This document shows, piece by piece, positions 37,150 to 46,896 of a DNA stretch of 47,735 bases. Positions within the stretch are counted from its first letter, which is position 1; every line of letters begins with the position of its first letter. The stretch lies in contig JBHIAE010000024.1 in NCBI GenBank assembly GCA_046758445.1, positions 1-47,735 of the forward strand, given 5' to 3'. Both the position numbers and the translations under genes were made by a program. This DNA is from Candidatus Thorarchaeota archaeon. GTDB lineage: Archaea > Asgardarchaeota > Thorarchaeia > Thorarchaeales > Thorarchaeaceae. The notes below the pieces were generated by a model, which was given only the letters and a program-made list of their open reading frames with translations, was not told the origin of the DNA and did no database searches.

Positions 37150-37210
37150 ATTCGCTTTGCTTGTGGTTCAGCCCTTGAGGGCCACATCCCTGCGGACGTA
37201 TCCGCCTAAA
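37150..37210 (-). promoter_or_regulatory. eL15 ribosomal protein leader-like RNA
   Basis: Minus strand: GCGGA-UACG-UCCGC hairpin followed by GGGAUGUG-GCCC-UCAA-GGGC-UGAACCAC in the rpl15e 5' UTR. Confidence 0.7.
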
Positions 37211-37330
37211 CAAAGGAAATGGTTTGGCTATAGAAACATGACAATTCATGTCCTAGGCCATCATCTCTCCGATTCTATTCTCTTAAAGGTGTAGCGATTG
37301 GGTTCTATTGCGGTCCCGTAGTTTCTCTGA

Positions 37331-38242
37331 TCACTTGAACTCTGCAATCACTTTCTCTGCCGTCAGTTCGCCCACTCTGGCTTGGGCTTCAGATGTCGAT
37401 GAAGAGAGATGCGGAGTTGCCACTATCTTTGTATGCTTCACAAGTTTCCACTCAGTCGGTGGCTCTTTCTCAAACACATCTAGGCCGGCGCCAGCAATCT
37501 TGCCCTCATCCAAGGCTCTCAGTAACGCCTTTTCATCTACAACTCCACCGCGCGCCGTGTTGATGAGAAAGGCCGTGTCTTTCATGAGTTCAAACTCATT
37601 ATCTCCAATCAATCCCCTCGTCTGTGGGACGAGCGGAACGTGTAACGTGACGTAGTCGGAACGTTTCAGCAGGTCCTCAAGATTGGTGCGTTCTGCACCT
37701 ATTGTAATGCACATCTCGTCAATGTCTATGACATCATATGCGAGAACATCCATCTCCAGAGCCTTTGCCCTCTTTGCCACTTCGCAACCTATTCGACCGA
37801 AACCGATGACACCTATCGTCTTCTGCCAGAGTTCAGTGCCCCTAAGCTTCTTCTTCTCCCAACGCTCCTCCTTCATAGAGCTATCTGCAGGGGCTACATT
37901 CCTCGCAAGGGAGAACATCAATGCTAGGACCATCTCAGCAACAGAGACGGTCGGAGCCTCTGGTGTGTTCGCGACCTTGACACCCTTCTTCTGTGCGGCA
38001 TCTTGGTCCACATTATCAAGCCCTACACCTGCTCTAACAATCAACTTGAGGTTGTCTGCGGCATCAATGACCTCTTTGGTCACCTTTGTCGCACTTCTGA
38101 CAACTATGCAGTCAAACCCCTTGATCTGTTCCTCAATTGGACTATCTGCATCCTTGTTTCTGATGACTATCTCTAGCCCTGCATCTTTCATCATTGCTAC
38201 GGCCGAGTCGGCAACTGGATCTGCTATAAGCACACGTACCAT
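37331..38242 (-). CDS. serA: D-3-phosphoglycerate / D-2-hydroxyacid dehydrogenase (no ACT domain)
   Basis: VRSATKVT, RAGVGLDN, GFGRIG, NTARGG, DVFEKEP, TPHL. Confidence 0.88.
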   Translation of the reverse strand: MVRVLIADPVADSAVAMMKDAGLEIVIRNKDADSPIEEQIKGFDCIVVRSATKVTKEVIDAADNLKLIVRAGVGLDNVDQDAAQKKGVKVANTPEAPTVSVAEMVLALMFSLARNVAPADSSMKEERWEKKKLRGTELWQKTIGVIGFGRIGCEVAKRAKALEMDVLAYDVIDIDEMCITIGAERTNLEDLLKRSDYVTLHVPLVPQTRGLIGDNEFELMKDTAFLINTARGGVVDEKALLRALDEGKIAGAGLDVFEKEPPTEWKLVKHTKIVATPHLSSSTSEAQARVGELTAEKVIAEFK

Positions 38243-38346
38243 GTGTGGAACCTCCCGAGATTGGTCGTCTTGGCCCGGTCAGAGGTTCGTCTTAAACTTG
38301 GCGACCACGACATTTTCTTAAGTACAACATTCTCACGCTACGAATC

Positions 38347-38883
38347 ATGAAGAAGGAAATGAAACCAACTACTGCTGTGGTACCGTGTCCCGTCGTTCTT
38401 CTCAGCGTAGCTGGGAAAGAACGTCCTAATATCATCACACTGTCTTGGGTTGCAAATGTCTGTAGTAGCCCGCCGACTGTCGTAGTAGGTATTCGGCCCC
38501 AGAGGCATAGCTATGAGCTTGTGAAAGAGGCCAAAGAATTCGTGCTTAACATCCCCTCCACAGACTATCTTGAAGCGACCGAATTCGCCGGCACAAAGTC
38601 GGGTCGTGACTTCGATAAGTTTGCAGAATGCGGCTTTACCCCTGTACCGGCCTCAATAGTGAAGTCTCCGATGATTGAGGAGTGCCCAATCAATATAGAA
38701 TGTAAAGTCACCAAGGTGGAATCTATCGGAGTCCATGATCTATTCACCGCAGAGGTTGTAGCCGTGCATCTTGACGAAACAGTCCTTGGAGAGAATGAGC
38801 GATTCGATCCGGCAAAGGCCAAGCTGTTCACCTATCTTTCGATATCGGGACAATACTGGTCTCTAGGAGAAAGGATAGGCTAA
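38347..38883 (+). CDS. Flavin reductase-like protein
   Basis: P.PVVL, NIIT..W, G..SGR..DKF, ECP..IEC.V, G.HD.F. Confidence 0.92.
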   Translation: MKKEMKPTTAVVPCPVVLLSVAGKERPNIITLSWVANVCSSPPTVVVGIRPQRHSYELVKEAKEFVLNIPSTDYLEATEFAGTKSGRDFDKFAECGFTPVPASIVKSPMIEECPINIECKVTKVESIGVHDLFTAEVVAVHLDETVLGENERFDPAKAKLFTYLSISGQYWSLGERIG

Positions 38884-38895
38884 CTCCGGATCGTT

Positions 38896-39336
38896 TCAAG
38901 CTACTTTCAATTGGATGTCAATGTCTTCTGACTCATCCTCATCATAGAATCTCGGGGTCTGGATGTGACGCACGTGGTTCTCGCCGTCGGTTGCATCATA
39001 GAGCCAAGCCCCATTCGGAACATGACTCTCCTTGAGAAAGACGTCAAACGTTATTCCTGGAAACTCTACAATGATTGGGTTGTGACCGAGAAGATTGAAC
39101 AGTCCACAAGCCTCCTGAGCACGATTGAGAGTATCAAGACGGGCAAGGATTGGTATCCAGCCGTCAGAAATCCCTGACCACTTCAATGTGGGCCAAGAGT
39201 TTGGCGGTGGCCATTTACCTTTCATGACTGTGGCATACTCCCCTGTACCAAGCTCGTAGATTGTGGGGGCTCGGCCCAGCCTTGCAAGTTGCCTACCATG
39301 CTTCTTTGCATCTTCAAGTGTAAGGAAAATCTCCAT
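38896..39336 (-). CDS. Hypothetical protein with an internal duplication
   Basis: Fills the gap between genes; SD-like GGTGAG upstream; two similar ~55-aa units. Confidence 0.6.
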   Translation of the reverse strand: MEIFLTLEDAKKHGRQLARLGRAPTIYELGTGEYATVMKGKWPPPNSWPTLKWSGISDGWIPILARLDTLNRAQEACGLFNLLGHNPIIVEFPGITFDVFLKESHVPNGAWLYDATDGENHVRHIQTPRFYDEDESEDIDIQLKVA

Positions 39337-39550
39337 TCTTCTCACCTTGGCGTGATTCTATCACTATGTAATGCTCTCAGAGAACTGAGAAGCCACACAC
39401 CACTCACAGTACTTGTCAGAGCCACCTGTCTGCAAAAAGAAGACAAGAAGCAGTCCGCACACGGTCAGGACTGTCTAGGACTTTAAATTGGGCCATCATG
39501 ACAAAGAGATTCGGATTGGTACACGGAGCTCCTCTTGATGGTATCGGCCC

Positions 39551-40780
39551 TCATTTGGTTCCTTTTGCACTGACAATCTTGATGACATCGCAATTCTTGA
39601 GAACGTGCTTGTCGGACACTCGCATCTTGGTCCGTGCATCGATTGCATGGATGAAGGACTCCATCAAGTCTGTGTGGATATATCCTGCAAACTCCTTGGC
39701 TGTCGTACCTTCAGGGACTAGATAGACGTCAGGAAGGACATTCCCATCGCTATCCGTTAGAGAGTTTGCGTCGTGAACGGGGTAGACAGTTATCATATGC
39801 AGGTAATCGAAGACAGCCTTGTTCAGAATCTCCTGAACTCCCGTTCCACCATATACCTTGAGAATCTGGTCCTTCAGCTTGTCGAGCTGTGCCACTTCAG
39901 CCTCTTTCAGGACATCTGGCTTGAGCAGATCAAAGTCATCGTCCCCGGGAACATACCTGATGATCTCTTTGCTCTCCAGATCCTTGAGTACCTTCTCCGC
40001 TAGAGCGCTTGTTGGCACTATCAAGTAGTCTGGGAATGCCTCCTTCATTCTTTTGAGGTTCTCCTCCGCTCCCGGTCTGTCAATCTTGTTTGCTGCGATG
40101 ATGATGGGTTTTGCCACTCGCCAGAGTGTTGATGCAAAGTCCCTAGTCTCCTCCTCAGTCCATTTGTCTGCAGCCTCTGCCTTCAGCCCTGACTCACGGA
40201 TCGCCTTCAGAATGTGACTCCTTCTCATCTTAAGACCCGAGAGCTTCTCGAGAAGCAACTCATCGAGCTTGGCACCTTCCGCCCTCACTCTCCCGGTCAG
40301 TCTTCGCCAGTCTTTCTGAAGTATCGACAACACCCATTCGGTAATCTCCTCCTCGAGGAATCTCACATCCTCAAGTGGATCGTAGCTGCCTGCTGAAACC
40401 TCCTGCCCCTCAGAGTCCAAGGCACCGCTGGCATCGACGATGTGAATCAGCACGTCTGCCTGCCTGAGGTCGTCTAGGAACTGGTTTCCCATACCTCTGC
40501 CCTCGTGTGCTCCGGGAACCAGACCTGCAACGTCAATCAGCTTGATTGGTACTAGCCTAATGCCGTCCAAGCAGATGGAGTTCTGTGGATTGTCCTCCAC
40601 ATCAAACTCCCCGCATGCACAAGGAGTCCGCACATGAGTCACACCAACATTCGCCTTGATAGTTGTGAACGGATAGCTTCCTACCTTGAAGTCCGTCATG
40701 CAGGCCGAATTAGTGAATGAGGTCTTTCCACAGGATGGTTTTCCCACAATACCCACACTGAATCCCATCTTAGGTTTCAC
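39551..40780 (-). CDS. ychF: Redox-regulated ATPase YchF (OBG family, TGS domain)
   Basis: GKPSCGKT, YPFTTI, DVAGLVPGAHEGRG.GN.FL, NKID, IHTD. Confidence 0.95.
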   Translation of the reverse strand: MKPKMGFSVGIVGKPSCGKTSFTNSACMTDFKVGSYPFTTIKANVGVTHVRTPCACGEFDVEDNPQNSICLDGIRLVPIKLIDVAGLVPGAHEGRGMGNQFLDDLRQADVLIHIVDASGALDSEGQEVSAGSYDPLEDVRFLEEEITEWVLSILQKDWRRLTGRVRAEGAKLDELLLEKLSGLKMRRSHILKAIRESGLKAEAADKWTEEETRDFASTLWRVAKPIIIAANKIDRPGAEENLKRMKEAFPDYLIVPTSALAEKVLKDLESKEIIRYVPGDDDFDLLKPDVLKEAEVAQLDKLKDQILKVYGGTGVQEILNKAVFDYLHMITVYPVHDANSLTDSDGNVLPDVYLVPEGTTAKEFAGYIHTDLMESFIHAIDARTKMRVSDKHVLKNCDVIKIVSAKGTK

Positions 40781-40939
40781 CCAGTCAACAGGGCTACTCG
40801 CACTTCGGATTAAACTGTTCAGGTTTCGTGAGGGCCTCGTGGCCGTTTGTTAAGCGCTGACTTTTCGATGTTTTACTTCTGAATGCCAGTGTTCCAGCTG
40901 ACCAGAGGCATGCGATGATACACGCTTTGAAATGGCGCA

Positions 40940-40995
40940 AGAGTGCTCCTAGAGTAAGCTCCAGAGTGCTCCAATATGCAATCCTCCCTTATATA
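40940..40995 (+). promoter_or_regulatory. Triple direct repeat AGAGT(g/aag)CTCC upstream of a TATA box
   Basis: Repeats at 40940, 40951 and 40963; TTATATA at 40989-40995. Confidence 0.55.
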
Positions 40996-41030
40996 CAGAT
41001 TCAACTACTCACTACCCGGAGAGGAATACC

Positions 41031-41465
41031 ATGCAGACGATGCGCCCAGAAGTTGGAATCCCAGATGACCACGTGTTGATTAGAAGACCAGCCTTCCCCC
41101 GTTGGTGGGATCCCATTGCACGACCACATGTTGCGATACTTGTACGAAACCCCGACACAGGTCAGGACATTCGATACTACCTCTCCCAGAGGGGCAAGGC
41201 GAACAGCAACAGCCGGGAGATCCTTGAGGTCGCCGAGATTGACGAGTTGCCGCAGGGAACACTCCTAGAGGTCCGTTTCAATGCTACAAGGGCGAATCTG
41301 TACAGACTCGAAATGGTCGACGGTGTGGCATGTTGGAGATGGATCGGCAGATGCAGAGAGCTTCTAGACTTTAACTATCCCTCTGACATTCGCTGGAATG
41401 GCCTTCTGGAGGACTCCGCCTACGCGATGAGCGGGCCACTCGCCTGCGAGATGTCGTCTAACTGA
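41031..41465 (+). CDS. Hypothetical protein
   Basis: ATG with GGAGAGG SD and an upstream TATA; no recognised motif. Confidence 0.6.
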   Translation: MQTMRPEVGIPDDHVLIRRPAFPRWWDPIARPHVAILVRNPDTGQDIRYYLSQRGKANSNSREILEVAEIDELPQGTLLEVRFNATRANLYRLEMVDGVACWRWIGRCRELLDFNYPSDIRWNGLLEDSAYAMSGPLACEMSSN

Positions 41466-41471
41466 GCACTA

Positions 41472-42224
41472 CTAGAACAGAATCGAAAGGCAGGTCAGAG
41501 CCCCCTCGCACTTCTCAAACTCACTCATTCTCAATGGCTGGACCTCAAAGCCCAGTTCGGACACCATGACTTGAGTCTGTGGATGTCCCGCTGACATCAG
41601 TACTGTTTCACCAATGGCCAGTGCGTTAGCTGCGTAGCGTTCCTCATGGGGCACCACCACCTTGGCGAAGTCCTGAAGCACTGGATGATTCGAGAAAGGC
41701 TCAGTGACAACGATTGTGTTTCTTCCAATGTAGGTCACGTGACTCTTGAGATGGATGACAGACTTATCCTCTACAAGGTCCGAGCTCACGTCGAGCCATG
41801 CGGTCATCTGGTCAACACCCTCCTTGTTCGTACGTTGAGTTATGCCGCTAATCAGCCGGTCATCCAGATGTATGATGTCCCCTCCTTCTATTGTGGCCGG
41901 CGGCGTGGCTGACCTTACGCTCATGTATTGCTCGAGTACTCTCAGGACCTCTTCCTCTTCTCCTCTCCTACTCTCTTCTGCCATGCGCGTTATGAACGCT
42001 CGACTGCCCACAACCACTGCAGTGTCTTCCACGAAGCAAGAGTCTGGGTGAATCTCATCCTCTGGAAGAGCGATTACTTCTAACCCAAGCTCTGACAGAG
42101 CTGAACAGTATGCAGTGTGTTGCTCCCTAGCGTGAGACAGGTTCAGACTGTGGTGGTCAGGATGCGAAGAGATGCATCTACTGAAGACACTACTAGGAGG
42201 CCGGACCAGAGCGCGTATCATCAT
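41472..42224 (-). CDS. Dimethylarginine dimethylaminohydrolase / amidinotransferase family
   Basis: PDSCFVED, EGGD, RTN..G, HLKS, SEFEK..G.LTCLS. Confidence 0.92.
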   Translation of the reverse strand: MMIRALVRPPSSVFSRCISSHPDHHSLNLSHAREQHTAYCSALSELGLEVIALPEDEIHPDSCFVEDTAVVVGSRAFITRMAEESRRGEEEEVLRVLEQYMSVRSATPPATIEGGDIIHLDDRLISGITQRTNKEGVDQMTAWLDVSSDLVEDKSVIHLKSHVTYIGRNTIVVTEPFSNHPVLQDFAKVVVPHEERYAANALAIGETVLMSAGHPQTQVMVSELGFEVQPLRMSEFEKCEGALTCLSILF

Positions 42225-42275
42225 TGTGAGGCATCATCGAGCTGGCATCTTATTACTTAGTTGGAAACAGCAAGC

Positions 42276-42313
42276 TTATATGTAAAGTCTACTTTACGTA
42301 AAGTGCACTTTAC
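42276..42313 (+). promoter_or_regulatory. TATA box followed by two tandem palindromic operators
   Basis: TTATAT at 42276-42281, GTAAAGTCTACTTTAC at 42282-42297, perfect palindrome GTAAAGTGCACTTTAC at 42298-42313. Confidence 0.8.
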
Positions 42314-42335
42314 ATCACAAGCGAGCGTGGTCGGC

Positions 42336-42572
42336 GTGATTGTCAACAGAATCAAGGAGATTCGCGAACAACGGCTGTCACAAGCCGCAAGTCCGGAAAC
42401 TTGGACCCAGGAGGGCCTAGCGCATCGGTTAGGTGTTACCCGTCAGACCATTATCTCAATGGAGAAAGGCACCTACAATCCTTCGCTTTTGCTGGCTTTC
42501 AAACTGGCTCGCACGTTTGAGATGAAGATTGAGGAGATATTCAGCTATAGAGATGATGAGAATGAAACATAG
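42336..42572 (+). CDS. XRE-family HTH regulator
   Basis: NRIKE.R...TQ..LA..LGVTRQTI..E.G.YNPSL.LAFK. Confidence 0.92.
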   Translation: MIVNRIKEIREQRLSQAASPETWTQEGLAHRLGVTRQTIISMEKGTYNPSLLLAFKLARTFEMKIEEIFSYRDDENET

Positions 42573-42924
42573 TCAAGCTGTACTAGTAGTCGTTGGAGCT
42601 CTGATTCTTGCCCTAGGTTGGATCTTCGACCCCTGGATTGCAGGGCCATGGGACACGATTCTCATCGCAGTCCCCTTATCACTAGTTGGCACATTCTTGA
42701 TTCTCCAGTTCATGGAGGAATATGAAGACGAACGACTTGCGCATATTCGCAATATTTCAGCACGTAATGGCTTCTTGTTCATGCTTCTCACATTGCCTCT
42801 CGTTTGGACATCGACTCTGATTCTACAAATATCTGCAATGACTACAGCCTCCCTCGTATTCCTCGTGTGGTCTTCAGCCTTGGCTGTTCTGTATCTATCG
42901 GGAATCTACTACTACAGACAATAG
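42562..42924 (+). CDS. DUF2178-like membrane protein
   Basis: Four TM helices around DER...I...SA; usual partner of this XRE family. Confidence 0.75.
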   Translation: MKHSQAVLVVVGALILALGWIFDPWIAGPWDTILIAVPLSLVGTFLILQFMEEYEDERLAHIRNISARNGFLFMLLTLPLVWTSTLILQISAMTTASLVFLVWSSALAVLYLSGIYYYRQ

Positions 42925-43009
42925 TGAATCAGTGACAGAGAATCGACTCTCGGACTGGATTCTCAATATCCCAGTGGTTGTTCTGACCTAGATACTCGCC
43001 TGCTATCAA

Positions 43010-43453
43010 TCAGTGACGAAGCTGTATCCATCCCTGCGTTTCACTGGCGTTGACCTCAATCCAATCTCCGGATTTGATGACTTTGGTTGGATCTCGTTCC
43101 GGCGTATCAACAATGGGAATGATGCGATTATAGAGCTTCTCGGCGATGATTGCTCCTATTACAAGAATTGGCTCCGTTTTCAGGTTCACAATCGCTGCTG
43201 GCGCGGTTCCGCATCTGACAGATTCCAGAAGAATGGCCGAAGTGGTGCTAGAGCCCTTTCCTGTGGGAAACAAAAAGATAGTTCCCGCAACATTCTGTCC
43301 TTTCAGTTCATGATCTCTTTCTGTGATAGTTCCAGTCTTGGGATCGAATCCACCCCAAAAACAGATGGGCTGAGATGTCACCAATGCGGGTCCGCTAGCG
43401 ACACCTGTCAACAACGGGTTACACCGAATTCGGGATGATTTCATTCCTCTCAC
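43010..43453 (-). CDS. Aconitase X small (swivel) subunit, DUF126
   Basis: F.GG.DP.TG.I....H.L.G, FP.GKGS. Confidence 0.9.
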   Translation of the reverse strand: MRGMKSSRIRCNPLLTGVASGPALVTSQPICFWGGFDPKTGTITERDHELKGQNVAGTIFLFPTGKGSSTTSAILLESVRCGTAPAAIVNLKTEPILVIGAIIAEKLYNRIIPIVDTPERDPTKVIKSGDWIEVNASETQGWIQLRH

Positions 43454-43463
43454 CTACCATATC

Positions 43464-44690
43464 TCATTCTGTGACACTTTCAATGCATTGTGCTCTGTTT
43501 CGGAAACTGACTCGGAAATCTCCGAGTCCGGGGGCGTAATGCGCCATCTTCGCAGAATCAGTCGCAATTGAGCTTAGTTCCCACGCCGCAGTTGGGAAAA
43601 GAAGAAAGCAAGTGTCGCAAATAACCTTGGCACCAGTTTCTTGAATCTCATCCAGAATCCCCATCTGCTCCGCTCTTTCGTGAGCATACCTGTTTGTAAA
43701 GATCCAGAGCTGTTTGCCTGCTGCCACGCGCATGTTCTTGATCAGACGTGCTAGGTTTCCAAGTTCTTCTACCGAATAATGGGGGCACCCAAGAATCGCA
43801 ATCTCAGGGTCTGTTTCGCCATGAGTCACGAGATTGCTACGAGTCTCATCAAGTTCATCCTTCCCGATTACAATCGTTTCTGACGGTTTCTCTCCTCCAA
43901 ATGCCTCATTGAGATCCTTGGCCTCCGGTGTAATGCCACACATGTGGAATAATCCAATTGAGCCGGAAGTAGACACTGCCGCGGAGAAGGCTTTGAGTTG
44001 GTCCACTGAAACGGTCTTCGACAAACCATGCAGGACAGGAACGCGGGAATCTGCTACGCTTCCCACATAGTATCCTAGAGCAGCATAGTCAGCGGACGTG
44101 AATTGACTGGTGTCCAGTTCGTCCAGTTTGATGAGAATACTTCCCTTTCGCTCATCATCAAGATAAAGGCCAAATCGAGGCATCAGACCTGTGATGGCCG
44201 CGCAGATTTCAACAAAATCAGCGCATCTAATCGTCCTTGCACCTATCACTGAATTGACGAAAGCTATGGCGTTTGACTCGCCCCATGCGATATTCTGCCC
44301 AAATCGGACAGAACTACTACACTGATAGGGAGCACATGTCCAACTAGGAATTGCTCCCATGCTCAAGTGAGCCTCGGCAATCCTTAGCTGCTTTTCCACA
44401 CATTCTTGTGCCACATCAAACTCTGAATGCTTTTCAAAATCTATGGACGAGATGCAGAGCGTAGTGGGGACTCTGTAAGTCGCGTCTTCCCTGGCGAGTT
44501 TCTCGCAGAACTCCAACCCCGCGTCCCTAATTCCATAGTAACTTGAGGCATCAACATGAACGTTGTCAATTCGTATCATGCGATCTGCATCGTACATCTC
44601 TCCTAGCTTCACTAGGACCTCCATCGCTAGTTGGATTGCTTCGCCTTGCTCTCCATTCAGGAATTGCTCTTCCTTTCTTGTAAGGAACAT
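43464..44690 (-). CDS. Aconitase X large subunit, DUF521 (phosphomevalonate or hydroxyproline dehydratase family)
   Basis: M.LT.EE..L.GE.G, TCAPY, AWGESNA..F.NSV.GART, GCPH, DTC, TDSAK.A.Y. Confidence 0.92.
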   Translation of the reverse strand: MFLTRKEEQFLNGEQGEAIQLAMEVLVKLGEMYDADRMIRIDNVHVDASSYYGIRDAGLEFCEKLAREDATYRVPTTLCISSIDFEKHSEFDVAQECVEKQLRIAEAHLSMGAIPSWTCAPYQCSSSVRFGQNIAWGESNAIAFVNSVIGARTIRCADFVEICAAITGLMPRFGLYLDDERKGSILIKLDELDTSQFTSADYAALGYYVGSVADSRVPVLHGLSKTVSVDQLKAFSAAVSTSGSIGLFHMCGITPEAKDLNEAFGGEKPSETIVIGKDELDETRSNLVTHGETDPEIAILGCPHYSVEELGNLARLIKNMRVAAGKQLWIFTNRYAHERAEQMGILDEIQETGAKVICDTCFLLFPTAAWELSSIATDSAKMAHYAPGLGDFRVSFRNRAQCIESVTE

Positions 44691-45247
44691 ACTGACACTC
44701 CGGGTGACAACTGGTTTCCATTGACTATGATAAATGGCTTGTTTCTGAGCAAACCCATTAACGTATTTCAGGCCAGTGAAAAGAAGTGGCAGCGGACATG
44801 CAGACAATATTCGGACTGTCTGCCGAACTCAAAACAGAATAAGAAGACCCTCTCTCCCACCTGCTGAAACAATACAGCAGAACAATCACAAAAAGCGCCC
44901 AAATCGGATTCAGATCAGTCCTAGGAAATAGCCTAGTCCCATGAAGACCCTTATCCGATTGAATGCATCAAAATGAGAGCCAGCCCGGCTATGCAGATAC
45001 AACATCCAACAGGACAGGTATACACTTCTCGGTCAATCTCAATTGCAATCTCGTCTGAATTCAAGGCACCACCTCTCCCTCATCAGATGACCATACAGCT
45101 CCCAGATAGACGTAGTCGCTTGATAGAAGAGGTCGTAGCGGGTAGGAACGAACAACTACTCTGCGCTATGGTGGCTGCAAAGTGATCTAAGGGCCCCTCT
45201 CACTACTCTCTGATGAAAGACTCGTAACTCAATGACATGAGTTAGCA

Positions 45248-45574
45248 CTAAGGAAGTTCAATTCCAAGCGCCTGTAGTCCCTCTTGAAAAGTAACCCAGA
45301 CCTCGACGGATGCTTCAAACCCCTCGATCTCTGAGTAGTAGGCGACCTCCTTGTATACACTATTCAATGCCTCCTCAAGTTTCCCTTCTTTCACAAGTGT
45401 AACACTCATATTTCTTATACCATCTTCAGAGAATTTCCCAGCCGATAGTACGAGATTCTCTTGTATGGATTCATCATCAGGAAACAGATTCTTCTTCCTA
45501 GCTTCAAGCAGTCTTTCTATGACTTTGTTTGCCATGTGACTTGGATACTTGACAAAAATGACTATGTGCGGCAT
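45248..45574 (-). CDS. Small hypothetical alpha/beta protein
   Basis: ATG with GAGGGG SD; YP...A..V...L...P.DES...VK.GKLEEA pattern. Confidence 0.7.
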   Translation of the reverse strand: MPHIVIFVKYPSHMANKVIERLLEARKKNLFPDDESIQENLVLSAGKFSEDGIRNMSVTLVKEGKLEEALNSVYKEVAYYSEIEGFEASVEVWVTFQEGLQALGIELP

Positions 45575-45798
45575 GATCTTCCCCTCTTAAACATGTGATG
45601 TTTTGTCCAATCAAATTGGACTCTATACCTCTTTGTGTCTAATCCTTAAAGCTTTCTACATTCTTGTCAGCGCAGTAAGAAGTGGTAAGGGCCATGTCTG
45701 CAGTCAGTCCTCTGAAACCGGTTCTATCCCATCTTATGTTGGGAACTCATGTACAAACACAGAACACCTTAATCATCTAGTACCCTCCTCTCAGAATG

Positions 45799-46254
45799 AT
45801 GAGTCGGCGTAGATATCCTGAAACACCAATCCCCTCAATTGCAGCGGTCGTTGTTGGCCCCAAGGGGATACTTCTCAAGAGGCGTGACAAGCCTCCTTAC
45901 AAAGGCCTGTGGAACATTCTTAGCGGTGTCATCAAGACAGGCGAAACTCAGGAGGAAGCCGTTGTTCGCGAAGTGAGAGAAGAAACAGGACTCAATGCCG
46001 ATGTGATCAGATTCCTTGACACTTCCGACGTGATAACCACTGATTCAGATGGGAAAGTAGAGTACCACTTCATGGTCAATGTCTATCTCTTGCGAGTTTC
46101 TTCAGATAGCGGGCATCTTGTCGATGGAACAGCAGGCATCAGATGGTTTCACCCCGAATCAATTCCAGCAGAGGATATGCCAGGTGATGTTTCGAGAGCC
46201 CTACAGGCAATCAAGGAGCAGTTGCTGCAAGTCATGCAGAACACTCGCATGTAG
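45799..46254 (+). CDS. NUDIX hydrolase
   Basis: G....GET..EA..REV.EETGL Nudix box. Confidence 0.92.
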   Translation: MSRRRYPETPIPSIAAVVVGPKGILLKRRDKPPYKGLWNILSGVIKTGETQEEAVVREVREETGLNADVIRFLDTSDVITTDSDGKVEYHFMVNVYLLRVSSDSGHLVDGTAGIRWFHPESIPAEDMPGDVSRALQAIKEQLLQVMQNTRM

Positions 46255-46413
46255 AACACCGGGAGAGATGAGAAGAAGTGGTTGTGGGTGAATGGTAGGA
46301 CTTCGGAAGTCTTATGTCGAAGCTCTGGACATGGTCCAGTTCACGGTGTTGTCGTTTCCGACTCAGGACCGACAGCAGAGCCCTGTTCGAAACATGTTTC
46401 GGAAAGGACTATC

Positions 46414-46896
46414 ATGACCAGTAAAGAAGCTTCACCAACTCTAGTACCGACCTCTGGTGTTCGATTCGAAGACCAAGTGAGAGTCGTCAGGGCCTATGTT
46501 GTACTGAGCAACAATGGAGATGTACCTGTCCATCTCAAGGAGGTCAAGGGGATAACGAGACTGGCACGGTCCCAGATCTCTGGCCTCAATTCATTCATGG
46601 TCATGCTTGGTCTATTGGAGCATGTGAGCCGAGGACACTACAAGCCGACTGACGCTGCAGTGAACTTATGCAGCAGTGCCCCTGGCGAGGAGGACTTCAG
46701 TCAAGTTGCGGCGGTCCTTGAGAATTCAGCCCTCTTCTCGCTTGTTCAGAGTTATTTGAGAGTCCATGGCGGCGGGTCAAGTCAAGGACTGATTGAGTAC
46801 ATTATGGAGAAGGCAGGAACCGGGGAGATATATCGAGTACAGAGCGCTGTGGAATGGCTCATCAGGTCCGGTCTGGTTGAACGGGGCGAAGACTAG
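46414..46896 (+). CDS. Hypothetical wHTH-like protein
   Basis: HTH-like segment (LKEVKGITRLARSQIS...LGLLE...GHYKPT) and a second C-terminal WL..SGLV motif. Confidence 0.6.
   Translation: MTSKEASPTLVPTSGVRFEDQVRVVRAYVVLSNNGDVPVHLKEVKGITRLARSQISGLNSFMVMLGLLEHVSRGHYKPTDAAVNLCSSAPGEEDFSQVAAVLENSALFSLVQSYLRVHGGGSSQGLIEYIMEKAGTGEIYRVQSAVEWLIRSGLVERGED

Noticed and set aside
45205-45247. CTGATGA plus a hairpin as a hammerhead ribozyme or C/D sRNA
   Set aside because: No correctly placed GAAA core or D box; TAACTCA/TGAGTTA is more simply a 3' hairpin of the 45248..45574 gene
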